Shown here in pieces: positions 7,409 to 14,979 of a stretch of DNA of 20,000 nt. Position 1 is the first letter of the stretch, and each line of letters begins with the position of its first letter. The position numbers were made by a program, and so were the translations under genes. Under the pieces are notes generated by a model, which saw only the letters and a list, made by a program, of their open reading frames with translations, ran no database searches and was not told where the DNA came from. The stretch lies in contig JBMORE010000162.1 in the NCBI GenBank assembly GCA_049322255.1, forward strand, positions 44,561-64,560, written 5' to 3'. This DNA is from Myxococcota bacterium. Its GTDB lineage: Bacteria > Myxococcota > Myxococcia > Myxococcales > Myxococcaceae.

Positions 7409-8416
7409 TCACTTGCACACTTCGCGCACGACGACGGTGGCGTAGCTACCCGCTGGGAGGGTGAACGATAGGCGCAGGTCCGCTCCTTCGACCTCCAACT
7501 CGAGCTGGTCGAGCTTCACCCGGTAATGGCGCCGGGCGCCCTGGGTTTCTGTCTTGCCGCGGCGGAAGTCTTCGAAGGCGAGGCCCTCCTCTTCGAGCAG
7601 CCGCGCCTCGGCCTCGGCCACCGCGCCTTCCGCCCGCGTCATCTTCGGGCCGAACATCGGCCCCGCCGGGCTCACCTCGAAGCGATCCACCCTCCCCTGC
7701 TCCACCGCCGGCTCTTCGCAGACGAATTCTCCCCCGGTGTCGTGCTTCTTCAACACCTCGCCTGGGAGCGCGGTGGCGAAAGTGCCCGCCTCGAGGCGGC
7801 CGGCCAGCGCGCGGTTGAACAGCTCCGACTGCGCCGCCGACAGGTAAAGCCGCCGCTCGAAGCGTCCGCCGCCGGCGAGGCGCTCCCCTCGGAGCATGCG
7901 GAAACCCTTCACCGCGTTGTCTTGCTGCCGCCCGAAACGCTGCTCGCCGAAGTAATTGGGCACGCCGACGTCGGCGAGTCGTTGCACCACCGCGCGCGCG
8001 GCGTCCACGTTACGCACCTCGCGCAGCCGCAGCCGGAAGCGGTTGGCCTTCAGGTGACCGGTCTTCAGCTTGTTGCGGTGCCGGGCCGCTCGAAGCAACG
8101 TCATCTGAGGCTGCACGAAGGATGCGGCCAGCGGCTCGGCGCGCGCAGGAACGCAGAAAAACTGCCGCGTCACCGCCTGCCGGTCTTTCATCCCCGCATA
8201 GCTCACCTCCCGCTCGGAGACCCCGAAGTGCGCCGCCAACACACCCGCCGCCTCGGGAGTCGACAGCGCACGTTTTTCCACCCACAAGAAGAGGTGCTCT
8301 CCCTCGCCGCAAGGCGTGTAGGCCGGCACCTCCTCGACCTCGAAGTCTTCGGGAACGGCCTTGAAAAGCCCGCCGGCGCCGGGGAGGTGGGCGGTGAGGT
8401 ACGGCAGCGGCTTCAG
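7409..8416 (-). CDS. truD: tRNA pseudouridine(13) synthase TruD
   Basis: Motifs PEDFEVEE, GEGEH, YAGMKDRQAVTRQ (catalytic Asp), KLKTGHLKANRF, PNYFGEQRFG, SAAQSELFN and FTLPAGSYATVVVRE. The start is placed at CTG 8416; the 603-aa ORF-track extension is shadow sequence inside the upstream gene. Confidence 0.95.
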   Translation of the reverse strand: MKPLPYLTAHLPGAGGLFKAVPEDFEVEEVPAYTPCGEGEHLFLWVEKRALSTPEAAGVLAAHFGVSEREVSYAGMKDRQAVTRQFFCVPARAEPLAASFVQPQMTLLRAARHRNKLKTGHLKANRFRLRLREVRNVDAARAVVQRLADVGVPNYFGEQRFGRQQDNAVKGFRMLRGERLAGGGRFERRLYLSAAQSELFNRALAGRLEAGTFATALPGEVLKKHDTGGEFVCEEPAVEQGRVDRFEVSPAGPMFGPKMTRAEGAVAEAEARLLEEEGLAFEDFRRGKTETQGARRHYRVKLDQLELEVEGADLRLSFTLPAGSYATVVVREVCK

Positions 8417-9696
8417 CGTTGCTCCAGGGTGGCGAGCAGCTCCTTGACCCGCCGTGCCAGATCCTCGTCGGCGCGCGACTCGAGCAGCTCGCCCGCTTGG
8501 AACAGGAGGAAGAACATCACGTCGGAGAGCGCCTGCTTGAACGCGCCCAACGGCTCGCTGCCCAGCTCGGCCTTCACCTTCTCGAACTGGGCGATGAGCT
8601 CGTCCTCCGGGAGGCTGCCATCGGGCGAAAGCTCGAGCCCTTGGAGCACCGGCGAGGCCGTCAGCCCCTGGCCAGCGAGGGCGGCGTTGGCGGCGTCGAT
8701 GAGCTCGCGCTCCAAGCCCTGTTTGGCGACCTCGCTGCGAATCTCGGCGAAGACGACGTTGAACACCTGCGCGGTGGCGCGAGGCAGATCCTCGACCGGA
8801 ACGGGGGCGGGGTGCTCGGTGGGCCCTGTGGCCACTGCCCGCTCGGAGACCTGCGCGTAGCCGCCCTCGAGCAACCGGTACACCGCGCGGGTGACGTCGA
8901 ACTCCGAGAGCTTCGCCGCCTGCCCCAGCTCGAGCACCGTCTTCTGCCCGTCGCACAGGCCCAAGACCCGGTCCTCGTCCTTCTCCAGCGAGCCGTCGGA
9001 AGCGCGCTTTTTCGCCACGTACACCCGCCCGTGGGGAATGCGCTTTCGAAAGTGCGCCATCTCGTCGATCTTGCGGATGGAGTCCATCAGCAAGCTCTGC
9101 ATCGACAGGTTGAGGGTGTGCAGCGACTTCTCTTCCAGCTCCTGCTCGATGAGGAAGAAGACGCCCTCTTTGCACAAAACCATGGCGTGGAAGATTTCGC
9201 TCACCTGCTCGGTGAGGCACTTGAAGAGGTCGTGCGCCTGCAAGACCCCTTTTTCCACCAGCGCCCGCCCTACCTTCGACGGCGGGGTGCTGTCGAGCAG
9301 CGCGTCGAGCCGTTCGCGGGTGACGTAACCCAGCCGCACCATCACCTCACCGATGCGGTCTTCGGGTGAGTCGCTCGCCGCGCCGCGGACCTCTCCCTCC
9401 CGCAAGAAAATCGAGCGATCGCCGCTGGGCGACTGCACCCGCACCACCCCCGACCAACGCGACTGGCCGAGGAAGGCGATGAGGTCTGACACCGGAAAGC
9501 CACCTGCGTCGCCACAGAGCACCACCCGCGGCGCGGAGGACTTCGCCCCCGAGGGAGGCGTGCGCACGAAGCACAAGAGGTCGGGGGTGGTCGGCGCGAG
9601 CAGGAAGTTCCCCGTGCGGGTGCCGAGCAACTTTCTCGCTTCGGCGTCCGACGGGGTGACGTTGCCGTGGCCGTCGACTGTGAAGCGCGCGTCCAC
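8413..9696 (-). CDS. DUF4388 (PatA-N-like) domain protein
   Basis: GDAGGFPVSDLIAFLGQSRWSGVVRV...RSIFLREGEVRGAAS...RIGEVMVRLG...EGVFF...SLLMDSIRKIDE is the DUF4388 pattern, followed by a wHTH-like and a helical region. The GTG start abuts the upstream TAA. Confidence 0.85.
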   Translation of the reverse strand: MDARFTVDGHGNVTPSDAEARKLLGTRTGNFLLAPTTPDLLCFVRTPPSGAKSSAPRVVLCGDAGGFPVSDLIAFLGQSRWSGVVRVQSPSGDRSIFLREGEVRGAASDSPEDRIGEVMVRLGYVTRERLDALLDSTPPSKVGRALVEKGVLQAHDLFKCLTEQVSEIFHAMVLCKEGVFFLIEQELEEKSLHTLNLSMQSLLMDSIRKIDEMAHFRKRIPHGRVYVAKKRASDGSLEKDEDRVLGLCDGQKTVLELGQAAKLSEFDVTRAVYRLLEGGYAQVSERAVATGPTEHPAPVPVEDLPRATAQVFNVVFAEIRSEVAKQGLERELIDAANAALAGQGLTASPVLQGLELSPDGSLPEDELIAQFEKVKAELGSEPLGAFKQALSDVMFFLLFQAGELLESRADEDLARRVKELLATLEQR

Positions 9697-10635
9697 TTAA
9701 TCGGCCGCCCAGGCGTTGCCGTGGGTCGTCCACTCCAGCTCGTCCCCCACGGTGTGGACGAGCACCTCGGGGTTGATTCCCAAAGTGAGCTTGCGGCCGT
9801 TGACGTACACCGACGGTGTCGACTCCACCCCCGCGCCCCTGCCCTGCTCTCTGGACGCCGAAATCTCCTCGACGTACTTGCCCGAGTCGATGGCCTTCTT
9901 CAGCGCCGCCCCGTCGAGGCCGAGCTTCACTCCCAACCGCACGATGGTGGGGACATCGAGGCTCGTCTGGTTCTCGAAGAGGGCGTCGTGCATCTGCCAG
10001 AACTTGCCCTGGTCGCGGGCGAACAGCGCCGCCTGGGCCGCGGGGAGGGAATGCGGGTGTCCCGGCAGCGGGTACGGCCGATAACACACCCGGGCTCCCT
10101 TGGCCCGCTCGAGCGCCTCTTTGAGCATCGGCACCGCGGCGGCGCAGTAGGGGCACTCGAAGTCGGAGAACTCCACCAGGGTGATTTTCGCGTCCTTCTC
10201 GCCCAGGCAGAGCCGCTCGTCGAGGGTGAAGGTGTGCCGCTTTTCCCGGAAGGAGAGGTAGTAGCGGGAGAGCGCGACGATGATCTCCACCGCCGGAGCT
10301 CCAGCCGCGGCTTCTGCGCCGGCGAGCAGCGCCATCTTGCGCGCGTGCTTGCACTCGGTGTGCTGCCGCAGGCACCCCCCCAGGGTGTGGGGACAGCCGC
10401 AGTAGCAGAACTCGTCGGTGAACACGGTGGAAAGCTCGCGCTGCGCCGGGGCGGGCAGCACGGAGAAGTCGAGCCCGGGGATGCCGGCGAGCACCTGCGA
10501 CCTCTGGTCGTCCACAGGCGGCGGAGCCGGCTTGGACGCTGGGGTGGCCGGCCCCGCGTGGGCGGTGCCGTTCTTGGTGCAGGCCGCTGCGGCGAGGAGC
10601 GCCAGCGCGAGCCATCTGCGCGGGAAGGTGTCCAA
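9697..10635 (-). CDS. DsbA-family (Thioredoxin_4) lipoprotein with an extra Cys-rich N-terminal domain
   Basis: Lipoprotein signal ending LLAAAA-C, active site VEFSDFECPYC, QGKFWQMHDALF and cis-Pro loop GVESTP. TTG start. Confidence 0.9.
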   Translation of the reverse strand: MDTFPRRWLALALLAAAACTKNGTAHAGPATPASKPAPPPVDDQRSQVLAGIPGLDFSVLPAPAQRELSTVFTDEFCYCGCPHTLGGCLRQHTECKHARKMALLAGAEAAAGAPAVEIIVALSRYYLSFREKRHTFTLDERLCLGEKDAKITLVEFSDFECPYCAAAVPMLKEALERAKGARVCYRPYPLPGHPHSLPAAQAALFARDQGKFWQMHDALFENQTSLDVPTIVRLGVKLGLDGAALKKAIDSGKYVEEISASREQGRGAGVESTPSVYVNGRKLTLGINPEVLVHTVGDELEWTTHGNAWAAD

Positions 10636-10647
10636 ACCTCGGGCGTT

Positions 10648-11126
10648 CTAGCCACCGCGCTCTGGCTTGTCTAGAAGGCCCCAAGGAGAGGGGTTCTTCC
10701 GCAGCAAGGGAACCGGGTCGACCGCCCGCACGCCCGACAGCCCGAGGCGATAGACGCCGAAGTGCAGGTGCGGCGGCGTGGAGCGCGCGTTGCCGGTATT
10801 GCCCACGGTGCCCAACAGCTGACCGGGCACCACCCGATGTCCGCGGGAAAGCCCCGGCGCCCACTGGTCGAGGTGCGCGTAGTAATAAAAGGCCGGGCCT
10901 TCGCCGAGCACGGTCACCACCCTCCCGCCGAGCGAGTCGTTGCCCACCTTCCATATCGTGCCGTGCACCGCTGACCGCACCGCGGTGCCCCGGGGAGCGA
11001 AGATGTCAGCTCCCTGGTGCCGGCGGCCCCCCGAGCGTGGAGCATGCCAGGTGCTGCATAAGTCGACGCGCCGTACCCCACAGCAGGCGTGCCGTCGAGG
11101 TACTGCTTGGCAGGTGCCAACCGCAT
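10648..11126 (-). CDS. M23-family zinc metallopeptidase; 5' end frameshifted or degraded (possible pseudogene)
   Basis: HQGAD (HxxxD), YYYAHLD, VGNTGNA and HLHF (HxH). The in-frame N-terminus is implausible and has no signal peptide; adding one G at 11076-11079 would join an ATG at 11126. Confidence 0.75.
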
Positions 11127-11232
11127 CCGCAGCGACGGCGGCGCTGCCCTTTCGGCGACGCTCGGAGGCCAGGCGCTGGCCCCTCCGCGGCCCGCAACGT
11201 GACACCTCGGGCACTCGGCGCGAACGGGCTCC

Positions 11233-11268
11233 TTGCGCCAAGTGGTCACGAGTGACTATTTTGTCTCC
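11233..11268 (+). promoter_or_regulatory. Putative TA promoter with palindromic operator
   Basis: TTGCGC (11233-11238)-N18-TATTTT (11257-11262)-N6-ATG. An inverted repeat GTCAC-GA-GTGAC at 11245-11256 lies in the spacer. No SD. Confidence 0.55.
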
Positions 11269-11577
11269 ATGCGCGTGGTGAACATCAAAGAGCTCAAAGC
11301 TCGGCTCAGCGCCTATCTGCGCGAAGTCGACCGCGGCGAGGAGTTTCTGGTCACTGACCGAAGCCGCGTCGTCGCCCGGCTGGCCCCGCCCCGCTTCGAA
11401 TCGTCTGCGCAGGCAGGCAAGGTAAGCGAAGTGCTCGGTCAGCTCGCTGCTCAGGGCGCGCGGCTCCCCCTTCGAGAAAGACGGCCCACCGATTATCGAC
11501 GCAGCGGCGCCGGGCCGGGGCTGTCCACCAAGGAAATCGACGAGCTCGTCGACTGGGTTCGGCAGGAACCCAGATGA
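11269..11577 (+). CDS. Phd/YefM-family antitoxin
   Basis: MRVVNIKELKARLSAYLREVDRGEEFLVTDRSRVVARLAP is a classic Phd N-terminus. ATGA overlap with the PIN gene. Confidence 0.9.
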   Translation: MRVVNIKELKARLSAYLREVDRGEEFLVTDRSRVVARLAPPRFESSAQAGKVSEVLGQLAAQGARLPLRERRPTDYRRSGAGPGLSTKEIDELVDWVRQEPR

Positions 11578-11996
11578 ATCTCTACCTCGAGTCGAGCGCG
11601 GCCCTTCGCGATCTGCTCGAGGGGGATGAGGCCCAGGCCATCCGGGCTTTGCTTGGCAAGGCGCAGCTGGTCGCGACCTCTCGCCTGACGTTGAGCGAGG
11701 TCGGGCGAGTGCTCGCGCGGCTCAGAGTGCTCGATCCGCAGGCGGCGGCGCGGGCTTCGGTCCGTGAATCCGAGTTTGAGAGTGAGACCGAGCTGTGGGT
11801 GGTGCAGCCGGTCGACGAGCCTATCTGGGAGCGGTGCCGCCGTCCGTTCCCCGCGGAGCCGGTGCGATTGCTGGACGCGGTCCACCTGGCGACAATCGAA
11901 AAGCTCGGTGGGTTGCTCCCCGGGCTGACGATTCTTTCGACGGACGAGCGGGTGCGTCGCAACGCCTCGGCGTTGGGATTCGACGTCCGCCCCTGA
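11574..11996 (+). CDS. vapC: PIN-domain VapC toxin
   Basis: YLESSA, TSRLTLSEV, LLDAVHLAT and ILSTDER are PIN motifs. 140 aa, coupled to the antitoxin. Confidence 0.88.
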   Translation: MNLYLESSAALRDLLEGDEAQAIRALLGKAQLVATSRLTLSEVGRVLARLRVLDPQAAARASVRESEFESETELWVVQPVDEPIWERCRRPFPAEPVRLLDAVHLATIEKLGGLLPGLTILSTDERVRRNASALGFDVRP

Positions 11997-12060
11997 AAGT
12001 GGCCCAAGGAGCATCGTCCTTGCGGGATGCAATCACGCGCCTTTAAGATGCCGTCCCAGC

Positions 12061-12972
12061 ATGTCCGAGGAAAAAACGTCGGTACAAGCCATCACCGACC
12101 TGCTGGGGAAGTCGCGCCAACAGAACGCATACCTCATCACCTTGAGCGCCAAGCTGGCGGCGATGATCGGCCGCATGTTCAAGCTGGAGATCGCGGAGGT
12201 CGTTCTCGGCCGCAGCTCCGACGCCACCGTCCAGGTCGAAGACGACGGCATCTCCCGCAAGCACTGCAAGGTCATTCTCGGACCCAACGGGCATTTCCAG
12301 TTGGTGGACCTAGGCTCGACCAACGGCACCTATCTGAACGGCATTCGGGTGAGCATGGCCACCCTGCAAGACGGCGACAAGATTCAGATCGGTTCCAACA
12401 CCGTGCTGAAGTTCTCTCTCCAAGACCAGTTGGAGGAGCAGTACCAGCGCGCCGTCTACGAGTCGGCCACCCGCGACGGGCTGACCCGCATCTTCAACAA
12501 GAAGTACTTCCTCGACACCTTGCGCAAGGAGTTCGCCTACTGCCTGCGCCACCGGGTCGCGCTTTCCCTGGTGATGTTCGATGTCGATCACTTCAAGAAG
12601 ATCAACGACACCTACGGCCACCCCGCCGGCGACTACGTGCTCTCGCGAATCGCCCAGAAGGTGAGCGACATCATTCGCACCGAAGACTTGTTCGCGCGCT
12701 ACGGCGGCGAGGAGTTCGCGCTCATGCTGCGCGAGTCGGCGGAGGAGAAGGCGCTCATCTGCGCCGAACGCTGCCGCAAGGCGGTGGAGAAGGCCGACTT
12801 CAACTTCCAGGGCACGCCGATCAAAGTCACCATCAGCCTGGGGGTGGCCACGCTGCTCGACTCCGACTTCGCCCAGCCCGAAGACTTGATCGCTTCGGCG
12901 GACAAGTACCTCTACCGGGCGAAAAAGGCAGGCCGTAACCGGGTCGACGGCAAGGCGGTGAGCGGCCCTTAG
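12061..12972 (+). CDS. FHA-GGDEF diguanylate cyclase
   Basis: FHA motifs LGRS, ISRKH and STNGT. GGDEF domain with DGLT, DVDHFKKINDTYGHPAGD, I-site RTED and active site RYGGEEF (GGEEF at 12703-12717). Confidence 0.95.
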   Translation: MSEEKTSVQAITDLLGKSRQQNAYLITLSAKLAAMIGRMFKLEIAEVVLGRSSDATVQVEDDGISRKHCKVILGPNGHFQLVDLGSTNGTYLNGIRVSMATLQDGDKIQIGSNTVLKFSLQDQLEEQYQRAVYESATRDGLTRIFNKKYFLDTLRKEFAYCLRHRVALSLVMFDVDHFKKINDTYGHPAGDYVLSRIAQKVSDIIRTEDLFARYGGEEFALMLRESAEEKALICAERCRKAVEKADFNFQGTPIKVTISLGVATLLDSDFAQPEDLIASADKYLYRAKKAGRNRVDGKAVSGP

Positions 12973-12979
12973 TCGGAAT

Positions 12980-13009
12980 GCGGACAGGATCTGGCTGTTC
13001 GCTTTTTTT
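12980..13009 (+). terminator. Intrinsic terminator-like hairpin + T7 tract
   Basis: GCGGACAG-gatctgg-CTGTTCGC (8-bp stem, one G-U pair) followed by TTTTTTT, 7 nt after the cyclase stop. Confidence 0.65.
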
Positions 13010-13015
13010 AGGTCC

Positions 13016-13786
13016 ATGCCCAAGCGCCCCCTGCTGAGCTGCCACGAGGTGGTCTCACCCCGCATCGCCCGGCCGCTCGACGGTCTGCGCATCGCGCAGA
13101 TCTCCGACCTCCACGTGCGCACCGGAGTGAAGCCCAAGCGGCTGCACGCAGCGGTGGAGATGATCAACGAGGCCAAGCCGCACTTCTTGGCCCTCACTGG
13201 CGACTACGTCTGCCTCTCCCCCCGGCCCCTTCCCAACCTCACGGCCGCGCTCAAAGACCTCGCGGTGCCCGCCTACGCCACGTTGGGAAACCATGACCAC
13301 TGGAGCGGCGCGGCCAAGGTGCGCTCGGCGCTCGAGGCAGCGGGAGTCCACGTCCTCACCAACGAGCACCGGGTGCTCGACTTCGGCAACACGCCGCTGC
13401 ACCTCATCGGAGTCGACGACTCGGTGACCGGCCACCACGACCCCGAGGCCGCTTTCCGCGGAGTGCCCCAAGGCGCCACCACGGTGGTGCTCTCGCACGA
13501 CCCCCAGAGCGCCGACTGGCTGGCTCCCTTCCGGCCCGCGCTCGTTCTGTCGGGCCACACCCACGGCGGGCAGGTGTACTTCCGAAGGCTCACTCCGTTC
13601 ATCGCCGCGCGCTTGCGCATGAAATACCTCTCCGGCTTCTTCGAGGTGCAAGGCTCGGTGCTCTTCGTGAACCGCGGGCTGGGCGCGAACGTGCCCCTTC
13701 GCTTTCGTGCGCCGGTGGAGGTCGCCTGCCTCACCTTACGCAGCGGCCCGGCCACCCCGGCGGTCAACCGGGGCCACGCCGCCTAA
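13016..13786 (+). CDS. Calcineurin-like metallophosphoesterase (YkuE/YaeI-like)
   Basis: All five metal-binding blocks are present: SDLH, TGDY, GNHDH, LSH and SGHTHGGQ. No signal peptide or TM segment. The stop overlaps the convergent gene's stop. Confidence 0.92.
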   Translation: MPKRPLLSCHEVVSPRIARPLDGLRIAQISDLHVRTGVKPKRLHAAVEMINEAKPHFLALTGDYVCLSPRPLPNLTAALKDLAVPAYATLGNHDHWSGAAKVRSALEAAGVHVLTNEHRVLDFGNTPLHLIGVDDSVTGHHDPEAAFRGVPQGATTVVLSHDPQSADWLAPFRPALVLSGHTHGGQVYFRRLTPFIAARLRMKYLSGFFEVQGSVLFVNRGLGANVPLRFRAPVEVACLTLRSGPATPAVNRGHAA

Positions 13787-14655
13787 GATGGCGCCACGCG
13801 ACTTTCGGGCAAGGTGCCGTCGAAGAAGAGCACCCGGTTTCCCCCGCCTCCTTGCGCTTGCTCCAGGCTCGCCTGCGCGTTGCGAGCGAGGTCGGCGAAG
13901 GAGCTCTCCCGGCCGACCGTGGCGGCGGCGACCCCCACCGAGATGGTCGGGCGCAACACCTCTCCTTCGTGTGCCAAGGACGCCTTGCTCACCCGCTCGC
14001 AGATGCGCCGCGCGACCACCAGGGCTCCCGCCAAGTCGGTGTGCGGCATCAGCAACAAAGCCCGCCGGGCCTCGTACTGCACCGGGTAGTCGGTGTCGCG
14101 CAGCGAGCGGCGAATCGCCAGCGCCAGCCCGCCCATCAGCTTGGAGAGCAGCACGCGATCGCCGATGGGCAACGAGTCGAACGCCACCAGCGCCAGCGCC
14201 AAGGGAAAACCGTACCGCCGCGCCCGCTTCACCTCGATGAACAGCACCTCTTTGAAATGGGCGAAGGTGTAAAAGCCGGTCAACGGGTCGAGAATGCCGT
14301 CGCCTGGGCGCGCCGGGGGCGCCTGCTTGTGCGCGAAAAGCTGCACCCACTCCGACAGCCTCAGCTTCAGGTCGTTGGGGGACAGGGGCAGCGGCACGAC
14401 GGCGTCGGCGAAGCTCGCCTTGAAGCCTTTGGCCTGCGCGGCCACCACCAGAGCTTGCGGCAGCCGCGCGCGCACCGCCTTGGCGACCTTCGCCGGCTGC
14501 GCCAGCGTCGGCCCCAGCACCACCAGCTGCTCCTTGGTCAGCGCGGCGGCGTCACGTGCGGCGGAGAGTCTCAAGCCCGCCCGGCGAAGCGCCTGGGCGA
14601 GGGGGCGGTGGTGCTTCGTCGACGGCTCCAGCAACGCGGTACGGGTCACTTTCAT
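13783..14655 (-). CDS. Pseudo-receiver + degenerate GGDEF domain protein (probable c-di-GMP receptor)
   Basis: [20 protein letters not shown] and GNRV give the GGDEF scaffold. The active site is replaced by QYEARR and the DxDxFK-N motif is lost, but the I-site RDTD is retained. The N-terminal REC-like fold lacks the phospho-Asp. Confidence 0.85.
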   Translation of the reverse strand: MKVTRTALLEPSTKHHRPLAQALRRAGLRLSAARDAAALTKEQLVVLGPTLAQPAKVAKAVRARLPQALVVAAQAKGFKASFADAVVPLPLSPNDLKLRLSEWVQLFAHKQAPPARPGDGILDPLTGFYTFAHFKEVLFIEVKRARRYGFPLALALVAFDSLPIGDRVLLSKLMGGLALAIRRSLRDTDYPVQYEARRALLLMPHTDLAGALVVARRICERVSKASLAHEGEVLRPTISVGVAAATVGRESSFADLARNAQASLEQAQGGGGNRVLFFDGTLPESRVAPS

Positions 14656-14774
14656 CGGCTTTGGACCTTACCTTCAATCGAACGCGCCCGCCTTGCGTTT
14701 TGCCTGGCCCTGGGCCATACCCCCGCCGTTTCCAAAAACCAAATTTTTCTACTCCTCTGAAGGAAGGTGTCAGT

Positions 14775-14969
14775 TTGACGGGCATTCGGGTGAAAGACGG
14801 CGAGTCGATTGAAGGCGCGCTCAAGCGGTTCAAGAAGGCGACCGAGAAGGCGGGCATTCTCTCGGAGATTCGCAAGCGGGAGCACTACGAGAAGCCTTCG
14901 GTGAAGCGGAAGAAGAAGGCGCTCGCGGCGAAGAAGCGCGCGGTGAAGAAGCTGCGCAAGGGCTTCTGA
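14775..14969 (+). CDS. rpsU: 30S ribosomal protein bS21
   Basis: TTG start after [56 protein letters not shown]. Confidence 0.97.
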   Translation: MTGIRVKDGESIEGALKRFKKATEKAGILSEIRKREHYEKPSVKRKKKALAAKKRAVKKLRKGF

Positions 14970-14979
14970 CGGGGGCACC

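Noticed and set aside
8417..9220. N-terminal 268-aa extension of TruD in the ORF track (apparent fusion)
   Set aside because: Arg/Gly/Ala-rich off-frame translation lying wholly inside the DUF4388 gene. TruD similarity begins only at about 8416.
9347..10954. 535-aa minus-strand ORF spanning M23, DsbA-like and DUF4388 genes
   Set aside because: Alternative-frame shadow with low-complexity Arg/Ala/Pro composition.
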